Assembly: GCA_965207065.1 (NCBI GenBank)
Contig: OZ242260.1
Coordinates: forward strand, 2,810,017 to 2,874,016
Direction: 5' to 3'
Source: a bacterium
Lineage (GTDB): Bacteria > UBA8248
Length of the DNA: 64,000 nucleotides
The notes beneath the pieces are model-generated. The model was not told the DNA's origin and ran no database searches. It was given only the letters and a program-made list of their open reading frames with translations. Position numbers and translations under genes: made by a program. This document shows, piece after piece, positions 10,206 to 19,686 of the stretch (position 1 is the first letter of the stretch; the number at the start of each line of letters is the position of its first letter).

Positions 10206-11429
10206 ATGGATGGTCGACTTCCGCTGGAGGGGCTTCGGATACTGGCGGTGGAGCAGTTCGGCGCGGGGCCGCTGGCCTCGCAACTGTTGGCGGACATGGG
10301 GGCCGAGGTCCTGAAAATCGAGGACCACGCCGTGGGCGGCGATTCCGCGCGGCCCGTCCCCCCGTATGCCCTGCCGGACAACGACAGCTATTATTTCCAG
10401 TCCTTCAACCGCAACAAGAAGAGCGTCGCGCTTAGGATTCGCACGCCCGAGGGCAAGGCCATACTGCGAAGACTCGTGCCGAAAGCGGATGCGCTCTATG
10501 CGAATTGCCGGGGTGATGCGCCGGAGAAACTCGAATTAACATATAAACACTTAAGCCCCTACAACGAGAAAATCGTGTGCTGTTTCCTCTCAGGCTACGG
10601 GATGACGGGACCCAGAGCGCCCGAGCCGGCCTATGACTACCTCATGCAGGCCTATGCGGGCATCATGGACCTGACGGGAGAGCCCGACGGTCCCCCCACC
10701 AAGGCGGGCGTGAGTTTCGTGGATTTCTCGGGCGGGTTCATATCGCTCGTCGGCCTGCTGGCCGCGTTGTGGGAGGCGAACCGCACCGGCAAGGGCAGGG
10801 ACGTAGACGTTGCGCTCATGGACGGCGCCCTGGTTCAGCTTGCGTACATGGCCACCTGGGCGCTCAACTGCGGCTACGTGCCGCAAAAATTCTCCCGAAG
10901 CGCGCATCCCTCGATGGTGCCCGCGCAGAATTTCGAGACCAAAGACGGCTGGATAAGCGTGCTTTGCCTGAAACAGAGTTTCTTCCCCATCCTCGTCGAG
11001 CGCATGGGGATGCCGGCGCTGGCCGAGGACCCGCGCTTCAAGCTGGCGCAGGATCGTTTCGAGAACCGGGTAGTTCTGCTGGATATTCTCGAAAGGGCGT
11101 TTCAGGAAAAGACGAACGCGGAGTGGACCGACCTGCTCCAGGGCCACGTTCCCTTCGCGCCGGTGAACACCGTGGCGCAGGCGATGGAAGACCCCCAGAT
11201 TCTGGCGCGGGACATGATTGTCGAGATGGAGCACCCCGCGGCGGGGACGATGAAGGTACTGGGGCCGCCCATCAGGCTGCCGGGCGCGGATATGAAGTAC
11301 AAGCGGGCGCCTTATCTGGGCGAGCACACGAGAGAGGTTCTGGGCGATCTGCTCGGTATGGAGGATGACGAACTCGAGGTCTTGAGAGAGAAAAATATCG
11401 TATCCTGGAACACTCCGCCTGAGGGGTAG
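10206..11429 (+). CDS. CoA transferase, family III (CaiB/BaiF-like)
   Basis: Family III CoA-transferase N-terminal pattern (LEGLRILAVEQFGAGP...LADMGAEVLKIE); start set to in-frame ATG 10206. Confidence 0.8.
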   Translation: MDGRLPLEGLRILAVEQFGAGPLASQLLADMGAEVLKIEDHAVGGDSARPVPPYALPDNDSYYFQSFNRNKKSVALRIRTPEGKAILRRLVPKADALYANCRGDAPEKLELTYKHLSPYNEKIVCCFLSGYGMTGPRAPEPAYDYLMQAYAGIMDLTGEPDGPPTKAGVSFVDFSGGFISLVGLLAALWEANRTGKGRDVDVALMDGALVQLAYMATWALNCGYVPQKFSRSAHPSMVPAQNFETKDGWISVLCLKQSFFPILVERMGMPALAEDPRFKLAQDRFENRVVLLDILERAFQEKTNAEWTDLLQGHVPFAPVNTVAQAMEDPQILARDMIVEMEHPAAGTMKVLGPPIRLPGADMKYKRAPYLGEHTREVLGDLLGMEDDELEVLREKNIVSWNTPPEG

Positions 11430-11484
11430 CGCGCAGGACAGAGAGAATATTCCGGGTTTCATTCACATTATTGGAGGTGATCTC

Positions 11485-11913
11485 ATGGCGGATTTGCCTG
11501 TACCGCAAGTCGTAAATTCCCTGGACGTGGACGAGGACAAGGCCTATGAGCCGCCCTACGATATTCGCTGGGGCGTGAACCAGGAGACGACGGGGACGGA
11601 TACCATCACGATGGGGAGAACCATCATCCCGCCCCGGGGCCGCAACGCGCTGCACTATCATAAAAACTGCGACACCACGATCTACGTGGTGAAAGGCCCC
11701 ATCAACATTTACTGGAAAGATGGGGAAGAGATCGAAAGAAAGGAAATACCCGTCGGCCACTTCGTCTATTTCCCCTGCGGGTGCATTCACGGGCAGGAGA
11801 ACCCGAGCACGGACGGACCGGCGGAGTTGATTTTCACCTACGGCGGAATGCCCAACAAGGAAGCGGCCGGCACGACGTTCGTGGACGACCCGAGAGACCC
11901 GCTGAGAGACTAG
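11485..11913 (+). CDS. cupin domain protein
   Basis: Short beta-barrel-like protein with His-rich cupin motifs ([17 protein letters not shown]); ggaggtg RBS upstream. Confidence 0.6.
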   Translation: MADLPVPQVVNSLDVDEDKAYEPPYDIRWGVNQETTGTDTITMGRTIIPPRGRNALHYHKNCDTTIYVVKGPINIYWKDGEEIERKEIPVGHFVYFPCGCIHGQENPSTDGPAELIFTYGGMPNKEAAGTTFVDDPRDPLRD

Positions 11914-11968
11914 CTTTCGCTTTTCCGGGGCGCTTTCCATCCGTTCGCCATCGACCGAGAATGAGGAG

Positions 11969-12865
11969 ATGAGAACACGCATGTTTTCCCCACGATTCCT
12001 CGTTTGTCTGCTCCTCACATGCTTCCTGGGCGTCACCGGCTCGTTCGTTCATGGACAGCAGGCCAGGAAGAAAATTTCCGGCTTCGACGGCGCTACGCTG
12101 GTGCACGTGCCCCCGGGCTGGTTCGTGATGGGCAGCAAACACGGCGACAAGGACGAGCGCCCGCCCCGGAAAATCTTCGTGCCGGGTTTCTGGATCGGCG
12201 AGACCGAGGCGACGGCGGAGCGCTTCGCGCGCTTCGTCTCCCAAACGGGCTACAAGACGACGGCCGAGAAGCGGAAATGGTCCTGGACCTGGGACGCTTC
12301 CTTGAGGAAGGGAAAGGGCGGCTGGCGAAAGACGAAGGATGCGAATTGGCGCCGGCCCGAAGGTCCGAAGTCGAACTGGAAAAGCGTTCCGAAACAACCC
12401 GTCTCGCACGTGAGCTGGCCCGACGCGGAAGCCTATTGCCAGTGGGCGGGCAGGCGCCTGCCGACCGAGGCGGAATGGGAGCACGCGGCGCGCGGGGGGG
12501 ACGGAAGACGCTACCCCTGGGGCAAGGCGCGCGACGCGATGAGAGCCAACCTGAAAGGGGGAAAGGACGGATTCCCCGGCGTCGCCCCCGTGGGCCGCTT
12601 TCCGAAAGGCGCGAGCCCGTTCGGGGCGCTCGACATGTCCGGCAACGTCTGGGAGTGGGTGGCCGACCGCTATGGATCGAGAGCCTATAAGAAAATGGCC
12701 GAGCGCGACCCGCACGGCCCTGCAAAAGGAAAAACCAGAGTCGTTCGCGGCGCGTCCTGGGGTAGTCCGGTCGCCTGGGCCACGGCGCACAACCGCTACC
12801 ACCGCCCGCCCGATTATACGAACAACAAGATCGGCTTTCGCTGCGCCACGGGTGAGGGTGGTTGA
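11969..12865 (+). CDS. formylglycine-generating enzyme family protein (FGE-sulfatase/SUMF1 domain), secreted
   Basis: N-terminal signal peptide; FGE motifs ([58 protein letters not shown]). Confidence 0.8.
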   Translation: MRTRMFSPRFLVCLLLTCFLGVTGSFVHGQQARKKISGFDGATLVHVPPGWFVMGSKHGDKDERPPRKIFVPGFWIGETEATAERFARFVSQTGYKTTAEKRKWSWTWDASLRKGKGGWRKTKDANWRRPEGPKSNWKSVPKQPVSHVSWPDAEAYCQWAGRRLPTEAEWEHAARGGDGRRYPWGKARDAMRANLKGGKDGFPGVAPVGRFPKGASPFGALDMSGNVWEWVADRYGSRAYKKMAERDPHGPAKGKTRVVRGASWGSPVAWATAHNRYHRPPDYTNNKIGFRCATGEGG

Positions 12866-13054
12866 TAGGGCCTTCGCTGCATGGGAATGAGCGGCGGTGA
12901 GGGGATGAAAGCAAAGCTGCGCGTGCGAGAGGGCGAATATCATGGCCGGAGACGCACGACGCGATTGTCCATAAGCGGCAAACGCAGAATACACGCTGCA
13001 GATGGCTTGCGACTCGTCAGGAATAGAGCAGGAAAATCAGACTGAGCACCGTCT

Positions 13055-13315
13055 TTATTTCGACGTTCTTTCAATCAGGGCTTCCAGCGCTCTCATACTT
13101 TCTCGGTGACGGGCATCCAGAGCGGCCATAGTTTGCTCATGCCAGCGCTTGCTTTCCTCGTGCAGGCGCTGGCTTTGTTCTTCCCTTCTCTCTGTGCCGC
13201 GTTGCATCAGCCTCAGCCCGTACCAGATGAGCGCGCATTGTCCGACGCCCACGATGAGCGATATGAAGGCGTGAACTGCAGAAATCCAGAGCGTAAGTAT
13301 TTCGAATTCCGTCAT
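13055..13315 (-). CDS. small membrane protein, paralog A of a 3-member family
   Basis: 86 aa; one hydrophobic helix (LWISAVHAFISLIVGVGQCALIWYGL) then charged tail ending HRESMRALEALIERTSK. Confidence 0.55.
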   Translation of the reverse strand: MTEFEILTLWISAVHAFISLIVGVGQCALIWYGLRLMQRGTERREEQSQRLHEESKRWHEQTMAALDARHRESMRALEALIERTSK

Positions 13316-13540
13316 CTTTTCCTCTCCGCGGGTCTGGATTGGGAGTGGAGTAGTTTTTCAAATATGACGCACAGAGAAGGATAAATCAACGTCCGCCTTC
13401 GCTCGCATCATGTCATTCGTTCGGATTGCCCCGGAAGAATGGGTTGCGCCACCGGGATGATGGACTGACGCCGCGCGAGAGGCGCGTGCATCAAGAAAAT
13501 GCCGAGGGAAATCAGACGGAGCGCCGGTTTTTTTCTCCGC

Positions 13541-13792
13541 TCACTTCGACGTTCTCTCAATCAGGGCTTCCAGGGCTCTCATGCTTTCGCGGTGGCGGGT
13601 GTCCAGAGCGGCCATGGTTTCTTCATGCTGCTTGTCTCTGGCTGCCGAAGCGCGGCTCATCTGTTTCAGCCCATACAAAATGAGAAAACACTGAACGCTG
13701 CCCACGATGAGCGATATGAAGGCGTGAACTGCAGAAATCCAGAGGCCAATACGTGATAGTTCGAGCGTCGCTAATTCAAATTGCGTCATCAT
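13541..13792 (-). CDS. small membrane protein, paralog B (tandem duplicate of A)
   Basis: 83 aa; shares GLWISAVHAFISLIVG..QC and an identical C-terminal 17 aa with A; about 60 bp of upstream DNA also duplicated. Confidence 0.55.
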   Translation of the reverse strand: MMTQFELATLELSRIGLWISAVHAFISLIVGSVQCFLILYGLKQMSRASAARDKQHEETMAALDTRHRESMRALEALIERTSK

Positions 13793-13981
13793 TTCCTCTC
13801 CGCGGGTCTGAATTGGGAGTGGAGTAGCCTCTCGAATATGAAGGATGGTGGAGGATAAAGCAACTTTCGCCGTTGCTCGTATTACGATTATCGTTCTGGA
13901 TGTGCGACGGTCTTCATTTTGTGGAAATTCTTGCCGACCTATTCGTCGGGCGCAGGGTCGCCGCTATCTGAGCAAAAACCC

Positions 13982-14947
13982 TCAATTCGTCGGCGCGGGT
14001 GGCACGACGAGCACGCCGTGCGCCCCGTTTCCCACGCGGATTGTCCTGATGTTGCGGTGTGATTTCGCGTCCATCACGAACACTTCTTTCGAATCGCGGT
14101 TCGTCACGTAGGCGAGCGCGCCGTCGGGCGTGAAGGCGATGAGGTCGGGCCGTATGCCCTGCTTCACGCTGGCGACGCGCTTTTGCGAGGGAAGCGAGAA
14201 GACCGACACGCGGTTTTTGTGCGGGAGGGTGACGTAGAGGAACTTCCCGTCCGGCGTGATGAGGGTGTCGTGCGGCTCGCCGGAGAGTTTGATGGTGCGG
14301 ATGATTTCCAGGGTATCGAGGTCGACCACGCTGTAGGAGTTCCGCTCCCCGTTCATAACGTAGAGCCTTTTGCCGTCGGGCGTCACGTCGATTCCCTCGA
14401 TGTAGTGGCCCGCCTCGATTTGTTTGACGGGCTTTCTCGTATCGAGATCGACAACGGAGACGTCCTCGCTGAGCTCATTCGCCACGAAGGCCCGGCGGCC
14501 GTCGGGGCTCAGCTTGATGTTCACCGGGTTGTTGCCGCCGTGCTTGATGAGGCCGATGACCTTGCGCGCCGCGACGTCGAGGATCGTCACGTTGTCCGAA
14601 TATGTGTTCACGAAATAGGCGCGCTCGCCGTCGGGGGAGAACGCCAGGTTGTAGGGGTCGCGCCCCGCGCGTACGCGGCGGACGAACTTGAGCGTATGCG
14701 TGTCGAAAACGCGCACGAAGGCGCTGCCGTCGTTGATGACGTAAGCGTGGCGCCCGTCGGGCGCGAGGGAGAGACGGTTCGCCTTCCTGCCCGCGGGGAT
14801 CGTTGTGATGACCTCATGCGAATTGCGCGAGATGACGCTCAGCGTGCCGTCGCGCGTGTTCGTGACCAGAATCCGCTCGCCCGCCGCAAGCGCGCTGGCG
14901 GGAGCCAACAGCAGAAAAATGATGAGTGTGGTGACCGCTTTGTACAT
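13982..14947 (-). CDS. YVTN-family beta-propeller repeat protein, secreted
   Basis: Signal peptide (MYKAVTTLIIFLLLAPASALAAG) and repeated about 40-residue units with Y(V/F)(T/V)N cores (AYVIN, AYFVNT, LYVMN, LYVTL, AYVTN). Confidence 0.75.
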   Translation of the reverse strand: MYKAVTTLIIFLLLAPASALAAGERILVTNTRDGTLSVISRNSHEVITTIPAGRKANRLSLAPDGRHAYVINDGSAFVRVFDTHTLKFVRRVRAGRDPYNLAFSPDGERAYFVNTYSDNVTILDVAARKVIGLIKHGGNNPVNIKLSPDGRRAFVANELSEDVSVVDLDTRKPVKQIEAGHYIEGIDVTPDGKRLYVMNGERNSYSVVDLDTLEIIRTIKLSGEPHDTLITPDGKFLYVTLPHKNRVSVFSLPSQKRVASVKQGIRPDLIAFTPDGALAYVTNRDSKEVFVMDAKSHRNIRTIRVGNGAHGVLVVPPAPTN

Positions 14948-14958
14948 GATGGAGGAAC

Positions 14959-15396
14959 CTACCGGCCTTGTTGCTTCAAAAACGCCTCTTTCGCCCTGGG
15001 GTCGAAGCGGCAATTGCACATATTGCGGATCAGGGCCACCAAATCACGAATCTCTCGTTTTGTAAACACGTTGCCCCAGGGCGGCATGATGGGGGAGAGG
15101 TCGCTCGCCCCGCCCCCGTGGGTGATGGTGCGCACCATGTCCTCGTCCGAGAACTGGGCCATGTCCTTCCCGTCGGTGAGATTGCGGGGGCTCACGGGAA
15201 GCTTCTTGGTGTTGTTCACCCCCTTGCCGTCTCCCTTGGGGCCGTGGCACTGGATGCAGTACCAGCGGAAATTCTCCGCAGCGCTCACGCGGCTTGCGGA
15301 CTCCTCCGCGCCTGCAAGCAAGGGCGCGCCCGCCGCGACGGCGATGATGCAAGCGGATATGAACAATCCACCGATGAGACGTGATGAACGCTTCAT
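14959..15396 (-). CDS. c-type cytochrome (mono-heme)
   Basis: Signal peptide and one CxxCH heme-binding motif (CIQCHG). Confidence 0.8.
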   Translation of the reverse strand: MKRSSRLIGGLFISACIIAVAAGAPLLAGAEESASRVSAAENFRWYCIQCHGPKGDGKGVNNTKKLPVSPRNLTDGKDMAQFSDEDMVRTITHGGGASDLSPIMPPWGNVFTKREIRDLVALIRNMCNCRFDPRAKEAFLKQQGR

Positions 15397-16112
15397 TTGA
15401 AACTCGCGATATAGGCGGCGAGAGCGATGAAATCCTTCTCGCTCAGCCGGGTGAACGGCTTATCCCCGTACACCGGCATTCTGCCGTTGGGGTTGTAGCG
15501 CGCAGGTTTTTTGAGGAAAGCCACGATGAAATCGGGGTTCAGCCGGCGTCCCGCATCCTTGAAATGGGGCGCGCTGTGGCCGCCGACCTCAATTCGAGTC
15601 CGGTAGACCGTTTTTCGTATCGCGACCATATGGCACGAATAACACGGCTGTTTTTTCTGAAACAGTATCCTCGCGCGCCTGAGCACTTTTCTGGGGATTT
15701 TCTTCCATCGCGGAACGACGCCCACCGGCATTTGCGGGTCTTTTAAGCTCTCCAGATAGGCTGCGACCTTGGCCGCATCTTTTTCTGCAAGGACGGGATG
15801 CGGGTATTTCCCCCGCTTCATGGCGCCGTAGATGACGCCGCGAAAAGGTTCCGGCTTGGCCAGCCATTGCGCCAGAAAGCCGGGCCGGAACTTGCTGCCC
15901 GCATACCAGAGCGTGGGGCCTTTGATCCCGTGGCGTGCAGGCGGGGGGATCCTGTTTTCAGGGCCTTTGCGGGTGTGACAGCTTCCGCAGTTGTTATTCT
16001 GAAAGAGCGCCTTTCCCTCATCGAACTCCGCACCTTGCGAGGCAGTAGGCGCAAGCAGGAGAAAGCAAATTCCCGCGAACGCGAGGGGAAGCGTCTTGTT
16101 GATGCGTTTCAT
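15393..16112 (-). CDS. di-heme c-type cytochrome
   Basis: Signal peptide and two CxxCH motifs (CGSCH, CYSCH); 4-nt overlap with the downstream cytochrome gene. Confidence 0.8.
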   Translation of the reverse strand: MKRINKTLPLAFAGICFLLLAPTASQGAEFDEGKALFQNNNCGSCHTRKGPENRIPPPARHGIKGPTLWYAGSKFRPGFLAQWLAKPEPFRGVIYGAMKRGKYPHPVLAEKDAAKVAAYLESLKDPQMPVGVVPRWKKIPRKVLRRARILFQKKQPCYSCHMVAIRKTVYRTRIEVGGHSAPHFKDAGRRLNPDFIVAFLKKPARYNPNGRMPVYGDKPFTRLSEKDFIALAAYIASFK

Positions 16113-16187
16113 CCAGATAGTCTCGTAATCTTCTAGATAGTTTCGCTAGTCTCGGGCGGTCGCGTCGTGAAGTTTGCCGAAAAAGCC

Positions 16188-17258
16188 TTATTTCGGCAAC
16201 TCGGGGGCCTTGACTTCGGGGAGGTCGCCCGTGAGCGCGCCCATGAAGGCGATCAGGTCCGCTTTTTCGGTCTTCGTGAGCTTCAGGGGCTTCATGTCCG
16301 GGTCAAGATGGGGGTTCGGATGGCCACCTTCCTCATAGAAATCGACCACTTCCTCCAGCGTGGCGAAGCGGCCGTCGTGCATGTAGGGCGCTGTCTGGGT
16401 GATGTGGCGAAGCGTGGGCGTCTTGAACTTGCCCCGGTCCTTTATTTTCCGGGTGATTTTCTCCCTTCCAACCTGCAAAGGCTTCTTGTCCATCCCGACG
16501 CCTAAGTTGTGGAACTTGTCGTCCGTGAAGGGTGCGCTGAACTCATCCACCAGGTGGCATTTCACGCAATTGCCCTTTTTCATGAAAACCTCGAATCCCC
16601 TGATCGCCCGGGGCGATAGCGCTGACTCATCGCCTCCGTATTTCCAGCGGTCGAAGGGGGAATTTCCTGAGAGCAGGGTGCGCTCGAAGGTGGCGATGGC
16701 CTGAACCACGCGCTCGAGACTGACCCCGGGACTCCCGAATGCCTCATTGAACCGCGCGCGGTATTCGGGGATTGCGCCGAGCGTTTTGATAATCCTCGCC
16801 TCATTGGATGCCATTTCGCTCGGATGGAGGATGGGCCCCCTGGCCTGCTCCTCGAGGCTCGCGGCGCGCCCGTCCCAGAAGTGGGTTTCGTTGTAGGCGG
16901 CGTTGATGACCGTGGGGACGTTCCGGAGCGTGAGCCTGCCGTCAAAGCCCGTACCGTACTGGCGCGCATTCGAGAATCCGCGCCGGGGCATGTGGCAGGT
17001 CGCGCAGGAGACCTTCCCGTCGCCGGAGTAGCGTTTTTCGAAGTAGAGCATCTTGCCGAGTTCGATCTTGGGCCGCGTCATGGGGTTGTCATCGGGCACG
17101 GGAACGTCGTCGAGGCCCAGGGGAGGTTCCGGGGGGAGTTCCACTTGCGGGCGCCCATCCTGCGCGTGCGCCGGTGGCGCAGGCATCCACCCGAGCGCCG
17201 GGATCAGGAGACACAGCGCCGCGATCTGCGCGAGGTGATATATGGACTTTCTCTTCAA
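16188..17258 (-). CDS. di-heme cytochrome c peroxidase (CcpA/MauG family)
   Basis: Two heme motifs CATCH and CVKCH; CCP-family conserved stretches (FSGDGKVSCATCH, ETHFWDGRAASLEEQA, KTPTLR, APYMHDG). Confidence 0.85.
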   Translation of the reverse strand: MKRKSIYHLAQIAALCLLIPALGWMPAPPAHAQDGRPQVELPPEPPLGLDDVPVPDDNPMTRPKIELGKMLYFEKRYSGDGKVSCATCHMPRRGFSNARQYGTGFDGRLTLRNVPTVINAAYNETHFWDGRAASLEEQARGPILHPSEMASNEARIIKTLGAIPEYRARFNEAFGSPGVSLERVVQAIATFERTLLSGNSPFDRWKYGGDESALSPRAIRGFEVFMKKGNCVKCHLVDEFSAPFTDDKFHNLGVGMDKKPLQVGREKITRKIKDRGKFKTPTLRHITQTAPYMHDGRFATLEEVVDFYEEGGHPNPHLDPDMKPLKLTKTEKADLIAFMGALTGDLPEVKAPELPK

Positions 17259-17295
17259 GGCGGAGCACCGTCCAGGGTAGATAGGGCTCTCTGCA

Positions 17296-17688
17296 TTATG
17301 ACCTTTTCAGCAACTCGATGCTGACGCCATCGGGCGCCTCGATGAAGGCGATCTGCGTCGTCGGGTTGAATTGCACCGGTTCGACGGTGAATTTCACGCC
17401 TTTTCCCTTGAGGTCGTCGCAATAGGCCTGAAAATCGCCTGCGATCTGGAAGGCGAAATGATCCGTCCCCCATTCGAGGCCGCCCTTTTCGCCCGCGCTT
17501 TCGCCGGTTCTCTCCCCGCGGACGATGACCGTGGCGCCGTTGAATTTTACGGGGATCTGCGGCGCGCCCTTGAACACGCCGCCCTCTCCGCGCTCGCCGC
17601 CCAGGTTCTCGACGAACCAGTTCACGCTCGCCTCGGGGTCTTTGCTGATGACGTGCACGTGATCGAATACGATGCTGGCTGAACTCAT
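17296..17688 (-). CDS. VOC family (glyoxalase/bleomycin-resistance fold) protein
   Basis: 130-aa protein with VOC-like beta-alpha-beta-beta-beta pattern (HVHVISKD, HFAFQI). Confidence 0.65.
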   Translation of the reverse strand: MSSASIVFDHVHVISKDPEASVNWFVENLGGERGEGGVFKGAPQIPVKFNGATVIVRGERTGESAGEKGGLEWGTDHFAFQIAGDFQAYCDDLKGKGVKFTVEPVQFNPTTQIAFIEAPDGVSIELLKRS

Positions 17689-17772
17689 TTCTTATTTCTC
17701 CTTTCGCTTAACCGTCCCGAGCCGCGCGAGGAGAATCTCGCGCCCCGATTTTATCCGGCCGCTCTCTGTTGT

Positions 17773-18423
17773 TTAACCTTCCCAGGTGACGTCCCCGAAT
17801 TCATCAGGCGCAGGCCTTCCTGCGGCCCGGAATCCGGCGACTTCCGCCTTGCTCTGCGCGACGGTGCTGTTCGCCCCGTGGCCGGGGTAGAGAACGGTAT
17901 CGTCGGGCAGGGCGAAGACCTTGTTCTCGATGGAATCGAGCGACTTGAGCAATTGGTCGTGATTCCACGTTTTTCCGGGGCCGCCGGGGAAAATCGTATC
18001 CCCGCATACGCAGTGGCCCGGGTAGAGGAACATCAGCATACCCTTGCAGTGGCCGGGCGTGTGGATGGCCTTGAGGGTGATCTCGCCGAATGTGATCTCT
18101 TCGCCGTCCGCGATGGTGAAATCGGGGCTGATGCCGAACTCCCTGGCGTCCTCGGCGTGCTGGCCCAGGGGCGCGCCCGTGCGGCTTCGCACCTCATCGA
18201 GCGCGTCGATGTGGTCGCCGTGGCAATGGGTCTGTAGAATGTATTTGGGCGTGGCGCCTTCGCACGCGGCGAGAATCGGCTCGGCGGAATGAGAGGTGTC
18301 GATGATGACGCACTCTTTCGTCGCCTTGCACGTCAGCACGTACACGTTGTTGCTGTAGGGGCCGATGTTGAGTTTTTGGAAATCGAGTGCGGGAAGGTCC
18401 ACTCTCTGGTCGAATTCACCCAT
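17773..18423 (-). CDS. MBL-fold metallo-hydrolase
   Basis: Metallo-beta-lactamase motif HCHGDH and downstream His/Asp/Cys ligand positions. Confidence 0.8.
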   Translation of the reverse strand: MGEFDQRVDLPALDFQKLNIGPYSNNVYVLTCKATKECVIIDTSHSAEPILAACEGATPKYILQTHCHGDHIDALDEVRSRTGAPLGQHAEDAREFGISPDFTIADGEEITFGEITLKAIHTPGHCKGMLMFLYPGHCVCGDTIFPGGPGKTWNHDQLLKSLDSIENKVFALPDDTVLYPGHGANSTVAQSKAEVAGFRAAGRPAPDEFGDVTWEG

Positions 18424-18519
18424 GTCGTTTTCTCTCCTTTGTCTGATGAAGACCTGTGTTCATGAAGACGAGGTGACAGGAAACTTTACTGCCTTAACCG
18501 GGCGGACCACAACTGCAAG

Positions 18520-19206
18520 GTGAGAATTTTCGTGGACAAACCCTTCGTATACGCGAACCTGGCGATGACGCTCGACGGAAAAATCGCAGGCCGCGACCGC
18601 GCGGATTTCTCCCTGGGCTCCAAAGCGGATCGCCTGGAGATGGATCGACTGAGAGCCTGTGCGGACGTCGTGGTATGGGGCGGGCAGACGCTCAGGACGG
18701 CGCGGCATCCAGCACGGGTGCGCGAGGAATCCCTCGCCCGCGAGCGCGTGGAACGCGGCCTGCCACCGCACCCGGCGAACGCCGTGATCACGAAAAGCGG
18801 CGATTTCCCGAAAAATTTGCCGTGGTTTGCGAACGATGAGATTGAGCGGTACATATTCACCGCGCCTGAGGGTGCGCGCCGCTTAGAAGAAGCCCATACG
18901 GGAAACGCGCGAATCGTGGTTCTGGACGAGGCGGGATCCCTCCCTGAGCAGGTGCTGGCCTATTTTAGCGAGCGGGGGATGAAGCGCGTGCTTCTCGAGG
19001 GCGGGGGTTCCCTGGTATGGGAGTTCGCCCGGCATATCGATGCGTTTCACGTGACGCTCACACCATGGCTGGCGGGGGGCGCATCCGCACCGACGCTCAT
19101 GGACGGGCCGGGTTTTCCCTCGGGCGAGTTTCTTGGGCTCACGCTCGAGGAGGCACGCAGAGAAGGGGATGAGCTGTTCCTGCGCTACAAGGCGAAGACT
19201 GTGTGA
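18520..19206 (+). CDS. RibD C-terminal domain / dihydrofolate reductase family protein
   Basis: DHFR-like reductase pattern (ANLAMTLDGKIA, RVLLEGGGSL, HVTLTPWLAGG). Confidence 0.7.
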   Translation: MRIFVDKPFVYANLAMTLDGKIAGRDRADFSLGSKADRLEMDRLRACADVVVWGGQTLRTARHPARVREESLARERVERGLPPHPANAVITKSGDFPKNLPWFANDEIERYIFTAPEGARRLEEAHTGNARIVVLDEAGSLPEQVLAYFSERGMKRVLLEGGGSLVWEFARHIDAFHVTLTPWLAGGASAPTLMDGPGFPSGEFLGLTLEEARREGDELFLRYKAKTV

Positions 19207-19294
19207 TGGCCTGTCCACCGAGGGTGTTGAGAAAGTTCCTTTTCAGGGGATAGAGGGGACGCCCCGCTCGTCTTCCTTCTGCCTTGAAAACCAA

Positions 19295-19460
19295 CCCCCC
19301 CTACCCCCCCTTAACAGGGGGGCAAGAAAAAACAAAAGCTCCCCTACCGGCGGCGGGCGTCGCCTTTTTATACCCCCCTGACAAGGGGGGGTAGGGGGGG
19401 TTGCTTTTCAAGTCGGCGGCCGTCGTTTTACTCCCCTAACAAGGGGGTCGGGGGTTTTTT
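19295..19460. repeat. tandem C-run/G-run hairpin repeats (three units of about 60 bp)
   Basis: Three hairpins cccc-ttaaca-gggg, cccccc-tgacaa-gggggg, cccc-taacaa-gggg, each followed by a related ggcggcgggcgtcgcctttt-type segment. Confidence 0.5.
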
Positions 19461-19530
19461 GTAGGGGTCGCATATATGCGACCCGCCTTTTTCGCCGCCC
19501 GCCATGGGTCGCATGGTATGCGACCCCTAC
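19461..19530. repeat. REP-like inverted pair (gtaggggtcgcatatatgcgaccc / gggtcgcatggtatgcgacccctac)
   Basis: Two near-reverse-complement 24-bp units separated by about 21 bp; same GTAGGG...CCCTAC termini as the other REP-like copies. Confidence 0.5.
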
Positions 19531-19686
19531 ATAACCACCACGATCCGCAAGGGACTATTCCACCAGCCGCCCACCGCGCGGATTGAACCGCCACCGCGCC
19601 GTGTGGTACTCATGGAAGTCTAAAAATCATGTTCTCATGACATTCCAACGGTTGCATTGCGATGATGTCGCCGGGAGGAGGAAGCC

